A DNA stretch of 55,206 bases from Candidatus Bathyarchaeia archaeon (GCA_037481775.1 JBBFKZ010000011.1:1-55206); one strand, 5' to 3'; positions 1-8,796 are shown, counted from the first letter of the stretch. The notes: generated by a model not told the origin, from the letters alone. Numbers and translations are program-made.

Positions 1-583
1 CAGCGTCTTCATCGACGAAAGGTACAGAACGCTCAATGTTACCTTCTCTTATTCTGAAACGAGAAACGTAAACGCCGTAGCCTACAATGCCAGGCGTGTC
101 ATACTCTTTGCTGGGTTGGACGATTTTGTATTCTTGATGGGGATAATACTCGTCAGCGAAAGTGAAAGCCAAAGAAATTGTTGGAACAACATCGCTTTTA
201 CCCACCGAGTAACGTCGTCTAAAGCGTGGAACAACCTCTCTGCCCTCAAGGCTTGAAAAATCAATTTCTTCGCCGTCATTTATTATTTGATCAGTCAGTC
301 TACCTGGAACTCTGATTTGACCGTTATGGAACGAAACTATGCCATGTATATAGCTGCCTAATTTCGTGAACTTGTTTGTTGGTTCCTTGACAAGAGTGCA
401 CAGCTCAAGTTTTCCTTTGTCGTAGAAGAGATCGACACTGTCCATTTTTCCAAAGCTCTTTCTGCCACAATTTCCACAGTAGTCACGCACTTCAAAGTAT
501 TCTTTGCCGCAAATTTTGCAGCGACTAGCTTTTAGTCTGTCGCCGAGATAAGAAACACGTCTCTCTATAGGTTCGCTACTCAT
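1..583 (-). CDS. DUF35 (Zn-ribbon + OB-fold) domain fused to an HMG-CoA synthase-like domain; runs off the window start
   Basis: Manual translation from ATG at 583: MSSEPIERRVSYLGDRLKASRCKICGKEYFEVRDYCGNCGRK...VVPRFRR...TPGIVGYGVYVSRFRIREGNIERSVPFVDEDA, with no stop. CxxC/CxxC plus PRFRR fits DUF35; GIVGYGVY..RFRI..E.SVP..DED fits the archaeal HMG-CoA synthase N-terminus. Starts 1 nt after the thiolase stop. Confidence 0.85.
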   Translation of the reverse strand, partial: MSSEPIERRVSYLGDRLKASRCKICGKEYFEVRDYCGNCGRKSFGKMDSVDLFYDKGKLELCTLVKEPTNKFTKLGSYIHGIVSFHNGQIRVPGRLTDQIINDGEEIDFSSLEGREVVPRFRRRYSVGKSDVVPTISLAFTFADEYYPHQEYKIVQPSKEYDTPGIVGYGVYVSRFRIREGNIERSVPFVDEDA

Positions 584-584
584 T

Positions 585-1784
585 TTACTTTCTCCCTAGA
601 ATGGTAACGTAAGCTTTAGTGCCAAAACCCTCAAACTCAAGAGCACAGCCAAAACGTGGTGGTACTTGATCCACTTTAACTTGACGCGCACCTGCTTCGC
701 CTCTTAACTGCCTAAAAATCTCAAATATTTGGGCACCGCCAGTGGCGCCCAGTGGATTTCCGTCTGCTTTCAAGCCGCCGTTCATGTTAACAAAAAGCTT
801 TTTACCATTTATTTCATAATACCCGCCGCCGTCTTGACAATCGCCACGTATGCTTTTCCAAGCGGTTCCAGGTTCACAGAAGCCTAAATCTTCAAGAGAC
901 ACCATTTCCATCACTGTAGACTGATCATACACCTCAACTATTGGTATATCTACGGGGGTTAAACCAGCCATTTTCAAGGCATTGCCCATGGCAAGTCTTG
1001 TGGCAACAAAATGAGTTAAATCATTTCTTGTAGGAAAGCTCAAATAGTCAGTGGCTGAAGCGGCACCTAAGACGTAAATAGGCTGGGCCGTCATTTTTTT
1101 AGCTATAGCTTCGCTTGTTAGAATCAAAGCAGATGCCCCATCGGAAATTGGGGCAAAATCGTAAAGCCCCAGTGGCTTATTTACTGCTTTCCTTGCACCT
1201 AAAACTTGTTCAACTGTTATCTTCCTCTGGAACTGGGCATACTCGTTTTTTGTAGCATGCGCGTGATTTTTGACTGCAATCTGCGCTAAAGCAACGTTAA
1301 GCTTGTCGAGGCTTTCACCTGTTATTCCATATTTTTTTATGTAAGCTCTGAGCATGAGCTCATGATTTGTTTCCGGCGTTCCGCCAGCGTAGTAACTCCA
1401 CGGATCTTCAAGAAGCATAAGGTCATCACGGATTTTGTCCCAGCGATCCGTCATCTTCTCTATGCCACCTACCAAAACTGTGCTGTAAATACCTGCCTGA
1501 ATGGCGTGGCAAGCAGCTAATAAGGCGGCGCTGACTGAACGGGTAACTTCCATTGGAACATGCAGTTCCGTAAGCTCGGACAAGAAGCCTTCCTCTAGCC
1601 CTAGCTTATTAGTGATTGGCAGAAAACAGTCTGAAAGATAACAGGCTTCCAAGTCTCTACGCTCTATGTCACATTCTTGTGAAGCGGCAAGCCAAGCTTC
1701 TTCGATAAGCTGTTCTGGCTCTTTTCCATAGTGCTCTCCAAACTTGGTTCGGCCAACAGCAACTATTGCTGGGCGATTTTGCAT
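585..1784 (-). CDS. Thiolase-family protein (archaeal acetoacetyl-CoA thiolase/SCP2-like fold) with a degenerate active site
   Basis: VGRTKFGE, GGIEKM, AVKNH.HA.KN.YAQF, APISDGASA, GGLKADGNPLGATG; lies next to a DUF35 gene. Confidence 0.9.
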   Translation of the reverse strand: MQNRPAIVAVGRTKFGEHYGKEPEQLIEEAWLAASQECDIERRDLEACYLSDCFLPITNKLGLEEGFLSELTELHVPMEVTRSVSAALLAACHAIQAGIYSTVLVGGIEKMTDRWDKIRDDLMLLEDPWSYYAGGTPETNHELMLRAYIKKYGITGESLDKLNVALAQIAVKNHAHATKNEYAQFQRKITVEQVLGARKAVNKPLGLYDFAPISDGASALILTSEAIAKKMTAQPIYVLGAASATDYLSFPTRNDLTHFVATRLAMGNALKMAGLTPVDIPIVEVYDQSTVMEMVSLEDLGFCEPGTAWKSIRGDCQDGGGYYEINGKKLFVNMNGGLKADGNPLGATGGAQIFEIFRQLRGEAGARQVKVDQVPPRFGCALEFEGFGTKAYVTILGRK

Positions 1785-1883
1785 GATACTTCCCCCTTTA
1801 TGATAGCAAATATCCTTTTCTGAAAAAGCTATTAAGTGTTTGCCATATTCAGCTTGAATAAGCCGTTGTCCAAGTGCTGTTTT

Positions 1884-2249
1884 TCAGAGAAGGCTAACAA
1901 TGGCAAGAGCGTTATTTGCAACTACAAAGGTGAGAAACATAAGTGACGTGAGATACCCAGTCTCAAGAAAAACTTTTCCTAAATGCGAGCTGATTCCTGC
2001 TGCTTTTTCAATCACATATCCTTTATAAAATAAAAAGCCAACAAGCACGGCGGCGGCGAGCTTTATGCCACTGTAAACCAGAATATTTGAGTTTACCATG
2101 CTTGCAAATAGGGGATTAAGTTCCGCGGCGCCAAGATAGTGCACACCAAGAAGAGTAGTTAACCAGTCTATTACACCCAGCAAAATCAGAATGGTCCCCA
2201 GCACTAATGCTTTCCTGAACGTGGAACGTCCCTCTATTCTTTCACGCAC
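1884..2249 (-). CDS. Small membrane protein (DUF5658-like)
   Basis: Three hydrophobic segments; D.LTT..G....GAAELNPL motif. Confidence 0.7.
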   Translation of the reverse strand: MRERIEGRSTFRKALVLGTILILLGVIDWLTTLLGVHYLGAAELNPLFASMVNSNILVYSGIKLAAAVLVGFLFYKGYVIEKAAGISSHLGKVFLETGYLTSLMFLTFVVANNALAIVSLL

Positions 2250-2523
2250 ATGCTACCTTAGTTAGGGTCGTTCATGCTAGATACGAGTTTTGAATGTTGA
2301 TTAGTAAGAACTGATGTACACTTGTACGAGAATACATACGTAAAAATGTAAAAATTGAATGCGCAAACGCTGTGACTTTAACTTTGAATATTAAAAACAT
2401 GCAGCATTTTTGTTGAACAATAAACCAACATGCTTTTAACTCGTAAACTTTGGTCAGCGAAACACTTTCTGAGAGTAACTCATACTTAATGCTAGTTAAC
2501 TAAGCTAACTAACGACGAGTTGC

Positions 2524-3915
2524 TTAGCTGAAAGTAAGCTCTGTCTTCTTTAATCGCCTCTTCAATTTTTGAATAAGCAGCTCAAGTTCTTGACTTAACT
2601 CTACAGGATACATTGGCGCATTTGTCAACTTCTTGTATTTTTCAGGAAGTCGTGCCACATTTTCCGCTGCGTTTGCGCGTATCTCCTCAAGAGATGGAAG
2701 ATCGTAAACTATTTCACCTTTTTCCATAACTTTAACAAGCAAAGGTTCACCTTGAACGTGTTCATCAGCTAACGCAATGATGTCTCTTGAGAAGTTTCCG
2801 TTTTCATCTTTAAACCGGTAGACCTGCTTACGCCCAGGCAGTGTAGTTTTGCCTTCGCTAAGCTTCATTATAGGCGCAAATGTGCCTTTTCGAGTCATTG
2901 TTTCGCATAACTTGTAGATTACATCAACGTAAGGTCTATCTGCTGAAGTACCCAGTTTTGTGCCAACACCGAAGGCATCAATTTTTGCGCCTTTCAGGAT
3001 CAATTCTTCTATCTTGAATTCGTCCAAGTCTCCGCTCGCGAAAATCTTAACATACCGTAAGCCATTCTCGTCTAGTAACTCTCGAACTTTTTTACTTATT
3101 TCCACGAGATCACCGCTGTCCAGCCGCACACCGCCGAGTTTAAAGCCTTTCGCTTCAAGTTCTTTTGCAACGGTAACAGCTTTTTCTGCTCCTGCAATTT
3201 CATCGTATGTATCAATTAGAAGCGTGGATCTATCAGGGAATGTTTGGACAAACGCTCGGAAGGCATCTATCTCTTTTTCGTAGGACATAATGAAGCTATG
3301 CGCCATTGTGCCGAACACTGGAATGCCATATGCTAAGCCAGCCAGCACATTTGAGGTGCCTTGACAGCCGGCAATGTAGCTGCATCGTGCCACTTTCATT
3401 CCTGCGTCTATGCCGTGCTCACGTCTTAAGCCGAATTCTACTACTGCTTTGCCCTTAGCTGCCTGCACAACTCTGGATGCCTTCGTCGCAATTGTCGTTT
3501 GCAAGTTGACAGTATTAAGCAAAAACGTCTCAACTAATTGCGCCTCGATGATTGGCGCGGTCACGCGGATCAGCGGTTCACATGGGAACATCACAGTACC
3601 CTCAGGAACAGCCCATACATCACCCGTAAACCGAAAATCTCGCAGGTAATCGAGAAACTGCTGGTTAAAACCCTGCTTTTTGAGATACGCAAGATGTTCT
3701 TCAGTGAACTTTACTGTTTTTAAATAGAGCAGAGCTTGTTCTAGCCCTGCAAAAAGGAAATATGAACGGTTTTCAGGTAGCCTTCTTATGAACAAATCGA
3801 AGGTTGCGGGTTCAAACTTTTTGTTGTCAAAGTAGCTGGCACACATTGTTAACTCGTAGAAGTCGGTGAATAAGCTCATGTTTTGTTCGTTCTGATAATT
3901 CAGAAAAGAGTTCAT
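2524..3915 (-). CDS. pncB: Nicotinate phosphoribosyltransferase
   Basis: LFTDFYELTM, EFGLRR, GTSNVLAG, GTMAHSF, LIDTYD, GVRLDSGDL, FGVGT. Confidence 0.95.
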   Translation of the reverse strand: MNSFLNYQNEQNMSLFTDFYELTMCASYFDNKKFEPATFDLFIRRLPENRSYFLFAGLEQALLYLKTVKFTEEHLAYLKKQGFNQQFLDYLRDFRFTGDVWAVPEGTVMFPCEPLIRVTAPIIEAQLVETFLLNTVNLQTTIATKASRVVQAAKGKAVVEFGLRREHGIDAGMKVARCSYIAGCQGTSNVLAGLAYGIPVFGTMAHSFIMSYEKEIDAFRAFVQTFPDRSTLLIDTYDEIAGAEKAVTVAKELEAKGFKLGGVRLDSGDLVEISKKVRELLDENGLRYVKIFASGDLDEFKIEELILKGAKIDAFGVGTKLGTSADRPYVDVIYKLCETMTRKGTFAPIMKLSEGKTTLPGRKQVYRFKDENGNFSRDIIALADEHVQGEPLLVKVMEKGEIVYDLPSLEEIRANAAENVARLPEKYKKLTNAPMYPVELSQELELLIQKLKRRLKKTELTFS

Positions 3916-4113
3916 GCGTTATTACTGAAAGAAAAAGAAATTTAATCCTTTCTGAAGGAGTAGAGCAAGATCACAGGTTACAGTTCTAAGCAAAGGCCCA
4001 GCCTTTACCATCCATTGGTTAGAAAGCGTGAACCTGCTTGTGTAAACTGCTCAATCTGAATTTTGGCTTTGAAACTTTTATATACACCGATGTCAATGCT
4101 ATGTTTGAGCGTC

Positions 4114-4422
4114 ATGGCTGAAGTTTGTCCAACATGCGGCCTTCCAAAGGATCTCTGCGTTTGTGGCGAAATTGAAAAAGAGCAGCAACGAATCCGCATT
4201 AGACTGGAAACAAGAAAATTTGGCAGACCAACAACTATCGTTGACGGCATAGAAGATCGAAACTCAAACCTTGCGCAGACAGCTCAGAAACTAAAAAGTT
4301 TTTGTGCTTGTGGTGGAACATCAAAAAACGGTCAGATAATGCTGCAAGGCGATCACCGCGAAAAAGTTCGAGAATTTCTCATCAAGCAAGGATATCCAGA
4401 AGACAATATAGAACTACAATAA
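4114..4422 (+). CDS. sui1: Translation initiation factor aIF-1 (SUI1)
   Basis: EVCPTCGLPKDLCVC, LKSFCACGGT.KNG.I.LQGDHR; the ATG at 4114 is preferred over the ORF-track start at 4063. Confidence 0.95.
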   Translation: MAEVCPTCGLPKDLCVCGEIEKEQQRIRIRLETRKFGRPTTIVDGIEDRNSNLAQTAQKLKSFCACGGTSKNGQIMLQGDHREKVREFLIKQGYPEDNIELQ

Positions 4423-4450
4423 CCACGCCGTACAAGGTGCAAAGTTTAGG

Positions 4451-4654
4451 ATGAAACTGCTGCAAAATGTTCGTGAAGTATTTAAAACGCTAAAGCATAG
4501 AAAACCATCGCAGATTTTTTGCCCAAAATGCTGTAGCCCAAAAATGCGTTTATACAGTAGTTTGGATTTTTGGCTGACACCTAAGAAATACGTATGTGAA
4601 AAATGCGGTTATGTAGGACCTATATTTATGGAACTAGAAAAAGAAGGCATCTGA
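4451..4654 (+). CDS. Small Zn-ribbon protein
   Basis: CPKC ... YVCEKCGYVG; directly follows sui1. Confidence 0.75.
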   Translation: MKLLQNVREVFKTLKHRKPSQIFCPKCCSPKMRLYSSLDFWLTPKKYVCEKCGYVGPIFMELEKEGI

Positions 4655-4662
4655 TTCAGCGC

Positions 4663-5601
4663 TTAGTCGGGTAACTCTAAACCTAACTGTTTCTTCAAAG
4701 TCTTGTAGCGGTTTCTCACGGTAACCTCGGTTACGCCAGCAGCTTCTGCGATGTCCTTCTGTGTTTTTTTCTCATTGTTCTGCAAGCAGGCTATATACAG
4801 CGCGGCAGCAGCAAGTCCCATCGGATCTTTGCCGGCTGCAGCACGCTTTCTTCTTGCTTCCCGAAGAATTTGTATGGCTAAACCTTGAGTTTTACCTGAT
4901 ATTCCAGTTCGCTCAGCAATCTTTGAAACATAAGTTAACGGGTCAGCAATTGGCATATGCACTTCGAGCTCGCGCAACAAGAGCCTATAACAGCGTGCGA
5001 CATCTTTTTTGTCCACAAGACTTGCTTCAGCAATTTCCCGGAGCGTTCTCGGGGTTCCACTGCCGCGGCAAGCCGCATATAGAGCTGCGGCGGCAATCGC
5101 GGCAATCGATCTGCCGCGAACAAGTCCTTTATCCAAGGCTTTACGGTAAATTACAGCGGCTTTTTCCTTAATTGGCGGTGGAATGTAAACTTTGTCGGAA
5201 AGGCGATCCAACTCTGCCATGGCTTGAGCAAGATTTCTATCTATGGAAGAGTGGACGCGAGATCGAATTTGCCATTTCCTCAAACGCCACATTTGAAGCC
5301 TTGTGGACAAAGGAAGCTTCCTGCCGAATGCGTCGCGATCAAGCTGGCTTATGGCGGTAGATAAGCCTTTATCATGGACGGAGTATGATGTTGGGACTCC
5401 AACGCGGCTTCTTGAGGCTTTCTCTTCTTGAGTGAAAGCGCGCCATTCTGGTCCTTTGTCCATCATCTGCTCGTATAAGACGAGCCCGCAATCTCCGCAT
5501 ACGGTTTCTCCTGTATCGTAATCGTGAACAAGATTGTCGCTTCCGCATTCTGGGCACTTGTCAACCAAGCGCTGTTGCGTTCTGGCTTCTTTTTTGCTCA
5601 A
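4663..5601 (-). CDS. tfb: Transcription initiation factor IIB (TFB) paralog
   Basis: CPECGS..CGDCG Zn ribbon, GPEWRAF, HDKGLST, two cyclin repeats, VTEVTVRNRYK. Confidence 0.97.
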   Translation of the reverse strand: MSKKEARTQQRLVDKCPECGSDNLVHDYDTGETVCGDCGLVLYEQMMDKGPEWRAFTQEEKASRSRVGVPTSYSVHDKGLSTAISQLDRDAFGRKLPLSTRLQMWRLRKWQIRSRVHSSIDRNLAQAMAELDRLSDKVYIPPPIKEKAAVIYRKALDKGLVRGRSIAAIAAAALYAACRGSGTPRTLREIAEASLVDKKDVARCYRLLLRELEVHMPIADPLTYVSKIAERTGISGKTQGLAIQILREARRKRAAAGKDPMGLAAAALYIACLQNNEKKTQKDIAEAAGVTEVTVRNRYKTLKKQLGLELPD

Positions 5602-5874
5602 TGTTCTATTCTCCGTTTGTTATATTTGCGTAGAACCGTCACCATATCCCTTTTGAGCTGAGAAAACAGCACATTCGGTTCGCGCAGTCTAAGCAGATGA
5701 ACAGTTTTAATATATAAGCTTTACGGTTTAAATAAAGAGATTCAACGCATAACCTCTGAATACTTATCCCAACTAATAATTCTCTTTTAACACTAATAGA
5801 AAAAATTGATAAATGAGAAAAAGCCTCAGAAAAGCAGTTAATTTAAAAACTAGCTTTACCATTCAGATAGGCGA

Positions 5875-5950
5875 AGCCCGGTGGTGTAGTGGCCAAGCAT
5901 AGCGGGCTTTGGACCCGCCGACGAGAGTTCGAATCTCTCCCGGGCTACCA
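5875..5950 (+). tRNA. tRNA-Gln (anticodon TTG)
   Basis: Acceptor stem AGCCCGG/CCGGGCT, anticodon arm GCGGG-CTTTGGA-CCCGC, T arm GAGAG-TTCGAAT-CTCTC, encoded CCA. Confidence 0.96.
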
Positions 5951-5966
5951 TTGCTTAGGCATGACT

Positions 5967-6140
5967 TTATACTTTTTGAGGGGCGTTTTCTCGGATTTCT
6001 TTGAGCATCTGCTGTCGTAGGGCGGTGGTCAGTTGGGTTAGTTGTTGATTTTCCAGTTGGTTGTTGTCAATGATTGTGCGGTTGGGTCTTGTGAGGGCGT
6101 CTTTTGTTAGGATTTCTTCTGGTTTTAGTCACCATGCGCG
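5967..6140 (-). pseudogene. C-terminal fragment of a probable tRNA-targeting tyrosine integrase
   Basis: Reads RAW*LKPEEILTKDALTRPNRTIIDNNQLENQQLTQLTTALRQQMLKEIRENAPQKV*, with an in-frame TGA at 6129-6131 and no start codon. It ends 16 nt from the tRNA. Resemblance to archaeal integrase C-terminal tails is from recall and was not searched. Confidence 0.5.
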
Positions 6141-6395
6141 GTTTATGAAAACCTTTTTCTGCCACATGCCATTCGGAAGAAAACAAGCCTACGTAAAAGC
6201 AGTAATTGAAGCCAGCCTCGAAAGACTTGCACATTTAAATCAAGGTTTGCGGGTTCTTAATGCAAAAGTTTACCTGTTTTGGACTCGAATCATCCCCCAA
6301 ACTAATACACAGTAAAACAAACTTAATTTCCAGTACTTCTTTTAGTGTCTCTTAACAGAACTGGAAAAAAGGAACTCGCAGAGTCTCCTAAAAAA

Positions 6396-6507
6396 GAGTT
6401 CAAACTCCATCCCCCGCGCTAAATAGTATAATGAACGGTTAGCAGGTCTGAATTCTCGATTTTTGAGCTCTATAATAAGTTCAAATATCCTTAAAAATAT
6501 CGAAGTT
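6396..6507 (+). repeat. Left arm of mini-cassette 1: degenerate tRNA-Leu 3' end plus arm motif
   Basis: 6396-6420 matches tRNA-Leu 50698-50722 at 19/25; GTCTGAATTCTCGA (6446-6459) matches GTTTAAATTCTCGG at 11/14; GTTCAAATAT (6479-6488) is identical to 50798-50807. Confidence 0.7.
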
Positions 6508-7081
6508 AAGAAACCATTCGAACTCCTACTTTGAACGCCTTTTCCATCAATTTTTTGTTGTTTTCTACACTGCCTAACTTATTATCGTCGTGAGCGTATA
6601 GGATTGTTTCAAACAGTTCGATGTTCGCCCAGTTGAAAAATCCCTTAATTGTAGTTTGAATTGTGTTAAACTCTTGATCTGCGCCTGCCACGGCGATGAA
6701 AACTCCCTTCTTACTTTTTTGTATTCTTCTTTCAAATCCAAATGTTCCATCAAGTCGTTCGACATAAGGCATTAAACAATTGCAACGATCCATCATAAGT
6801 TTTGTTTGCGCACTAACGGTGTCAAAATATACAGGTGAACCAAGCACTATTGCATCACAAGACTGCAGTGCGTTATACACTTTCTTCATATCGTCATCAA
6901 ATAGACAATACTTCGGATAAGGGTCGACTCCACAACTCTGGCACGGTTTAGTGTGGAGATCATTAAGATAGATTTTATATGTTTTTGCTCCTTGGCGATT
7001 CGCACCCTTCAACACTTCGGAAACGAGCAAGTCTACATTTCCATTTTTCTTTGGGCTACCAATAATCCCGCTTACTTTCAT
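6506..7081 (-). CDS. Flavodoxin-fold iron-sulfur flavoprotein (Isf / NADPH-dependent FMN reductase family)
   Basis: IIGSPKKNGN, PCQSC......YC...DDM, IVLGSPVYF..VSAQTKLMMDR. Confidence 0.9.
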   Translation of the reverse strand: MKVSGIIGSPKKNGNVDLLVSEVLKGANRQGAKTYKIYLNDLHTKPCQSCGVDPYPKYCLFDDDMKKVYNALQSCDAIVLGSPVYFDTVSAQTKLMMDRCNCLMPYVERLDGTFGFERRIQKSKKGVFIAVAGADQEFNTIQTTIKGFFNWANIELFETILYAHDDNKLGSVENNKKLMEKAFKVGVRMVS

Positions 7082-7169
7082 AACGTTACTCCATGCATTT
7101 AGATGTAGAGTTTTAAAATGTGCAGAAACTTATATTTTTCTGATTAAATATTGCAGAAGGGCAGGCTCC

Positions 7170-7356
7170 TATAAACGTTGCCGCGAAATGCAACTATTTT
7201 CTCGGCCAGAAAGTATAGAAATCTTGTTTGGAGCTTGTCAAATCATGGAAAACAGATGAATAAAGTCACTTATAGCATAAAATTCCGAGAATTTAAACCG
7301 ATGTCTAAACATAGCCTCCCGCACCTTTCAAGAAAACCGCTACACTTTTTGAGCTT
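7170..7356 (+). repeat. Right arm of mini-cassette 1, homologous to 51403-51605
   Basis: Exact 20-mer ATTCCGAGAATTTAAACCGA at 7282-7301 and 51534-51553; collinear TATAAAC..GAAATG, TCGGCCA..AAAGTA..ATCTTGT and GCACCT blocks. Confidence 0.8.
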
Positions 7357-7484
7357 CTTTCGCTTCCATACGATCATTCCTAAGGCATAGAACCCCCTCT
7401 TCCTAAACAAACTAAAACAAAAAAAGAAGGAAGATGACGGTTTAACCCGAGGCTGAAAAGTATAAATTCTTGCCTAGGCACCCG

Positions 7485-7501
7485 TCTTTCCCGGGCTACC
7501 A
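7485..7501 (+). repeat. attR-like direct repeat of the tRNA-Gln 3' end
   Basis: TCTTTCCCGGGCTACCA vs TCTCTCCCGGGCTACCA (5934-5950). Confidence 0.8.
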
Positions 7502-7665
7502 CCTGCTATATCTCGCGTGTTAGACAAGGGTGATTGCCAACCGCTATTGCTTTTGTTTTTGTGGCCATGTGAATTGCAGGGCAGCGTATGTTAAGTTAAT
7601 GGGTTAGCCAGATGTTGGAAGTTACAAAATTATTATTTAGCTGCTTTAACAATAATTTATGATGG

Positions 7666-8193
7666 GTGTGTCCCATATTGAAAGCCTATATAGGTCTAAC
7701 ATGTAAGGCCGGAGGCTTTAATGAGGTTTTGAAAAAGCTTTTACATCAGCACCTTATTGATCCAAGAGACATATTCCTACTTTTCGGTCCTGTGGACATC
7801 CTCATCAGGTTCGCCAACCTAAAAAGCTTGGAAGAGTTCATTGAGAAGTATTTTAACCCTGTGCGATTGATTGGCGCCGAAGAAAACTTGATCGCCAAAA
7901 CATTGAGTTTTGTTGTTGTGTCTGAGGGGCCGTCCCTTGCTGAGAGCCCGTTTGCCTTTGTGTTTCTGAATGTGCAGCCTAAGCATTTGGAGAGTGTGCA
8001 TAAAACACTACTTAGCTTTCCAGAAGTGATATCAGCTGATATAGTGTTTGGACCTTACGATATAATCTGCTCAGTCAAGGCTGTCGATCAAATGGATCTG
8101 CTATGTACTGTAACAAAAATTCAAGAGATCGCTGGCGTAGAAAACTCGGTGACTTCCATAGTTTCGCCAATACCCATCTTTCCTGAATGGTAA
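7666..8193 (+). CDS. Protein with tandem Lrp/AsnC ligand-binding domains and no HTH
   Basis: Two repeats: LLFGPVDILI and IVFGPYDIIC ... IQEIAGVENSVTSIV. Confidence 0.8.
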   Translation: MCPILKAYIGLTCKAGGFNEVLKKLLHQHLIDPRDIFLLFGPVDILIRFANLKSLEEFIEKYFNPVRLIGAEENLIAKTLSFVVVSEGPSLAESPFAFVFLNVQPKHLESVHKTLLSFPEVISADIVFGPYDIICSVKAVDQMDLLCTVTKIQEIAGVENSVTSIVSPIPIFPEW

Positions 8194-8362
8194 GAGCACA
8201 TAAAGCTTTACAGCGTCTAACTTCCCGTTCTTTTCATTTACATTTTTCAACTTTGAAAGCAAGATTATCTAAAGGCGGCAAATGCTACAAAACATTCAAG
8301 CAATGCACAAACATCAAAGATATTCTAAGTTCTACGGAGTGCAGTATAAAATAGTTTAAGGG

Positions 8363-8614
8363 CTAAATCGAAATTGGACTCCCACACTTTTTGCATACAA
8401 CAACCTTATCAGCTAAATTTTTCAGCCTGTACGGAGTGTAAAGTCCGCAATCTGCACATTTAGCAAATCTTAACTCGTTGAGCGCCTTCTCCCGCATAAC
8501 ATCATGCAACGCGGTGAAGATGCTAATTCTCTGATACTTAGTAGAGTCCACGTTAATTCCTTCGCCTTCAGTAGTCTCAACAGTTAATAAAAGCAAGCTT
8601 TCAGGCCGCAACAT
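8363..8614 (-). CDS. Hypothetical Zn-ribbon protein
   Basis: CADCG ... VCKKCGSPI. Confidence 0.6.
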   Translation of the reverse strand: MLRPESLLLLTVETTEGEGINVDSTKYQRISIFTALHDVMREKALNELRFAKCADCGLYTPYRLKNLADKVVVCKKCGSPISI

Positions 8615-8694
8615 ATTTTAAAAAACAGAATATAACCCATACGAAACAACTGCTTTTATTCGCCTCACAATAGAGAAGAAGTAAGGACGAGAAA

Positions 8695-8796
8695 ATGATT
8701 TGGTCAAACTTGTTTGCGCTAGGATTTTACGGATTAGTTCTCATAATGATAATTGTGGTCATAGGAAGCATTATATGGGCAAAATATCATCACTAA
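8695..8796 (+). CDS. Putative 33-aa single-pass membrane peptide
   Basis: MIWSNLFALGFYGLVLIMIIVVIGSIIWAKYHH*, purine-rich leader; below the ORF-track length cutoff. Confidence 0.35.
   Translation: MIWSNLFALGFYGLVLIMIIVVIGSIIWAKYHH

Larger units (their letters stand above)
5951..7501. mobile_element. Eroded integrative islet at the tRNA-Gln 3' end
   Basis: Bounded by a 16/17 direct repeat of the tRNA 3' end (5934-5950 vs 7485-7501); contains a pseudogene fragment and a cargo cassette. Confidence 0.75.

Noticed and set aside
82-279. 65-aa ORF from the track
   Set aside because: It is an alternative frame inside the longer DUF35/HMGCS-like frame 1-583
5988-5995. TTCTCGGA resembling the cassette arm motif
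   Set aside because: Only 8 bp long and inside the coding fragment (IRE codons); likely chance
6129-6131. In-frame TGA as a possible selenocysteine or readthrough codon
   Set aside because: The fragment has no start codon or redox motif and lies in a decayed islet; a nonsense mutation is the simpler explanation
6061-6315. 84-aa plus-strand ORF
   Set aside because: Its 5' part is antisense to the pseudogene fragment and no family is recognisable; at most another gene relic
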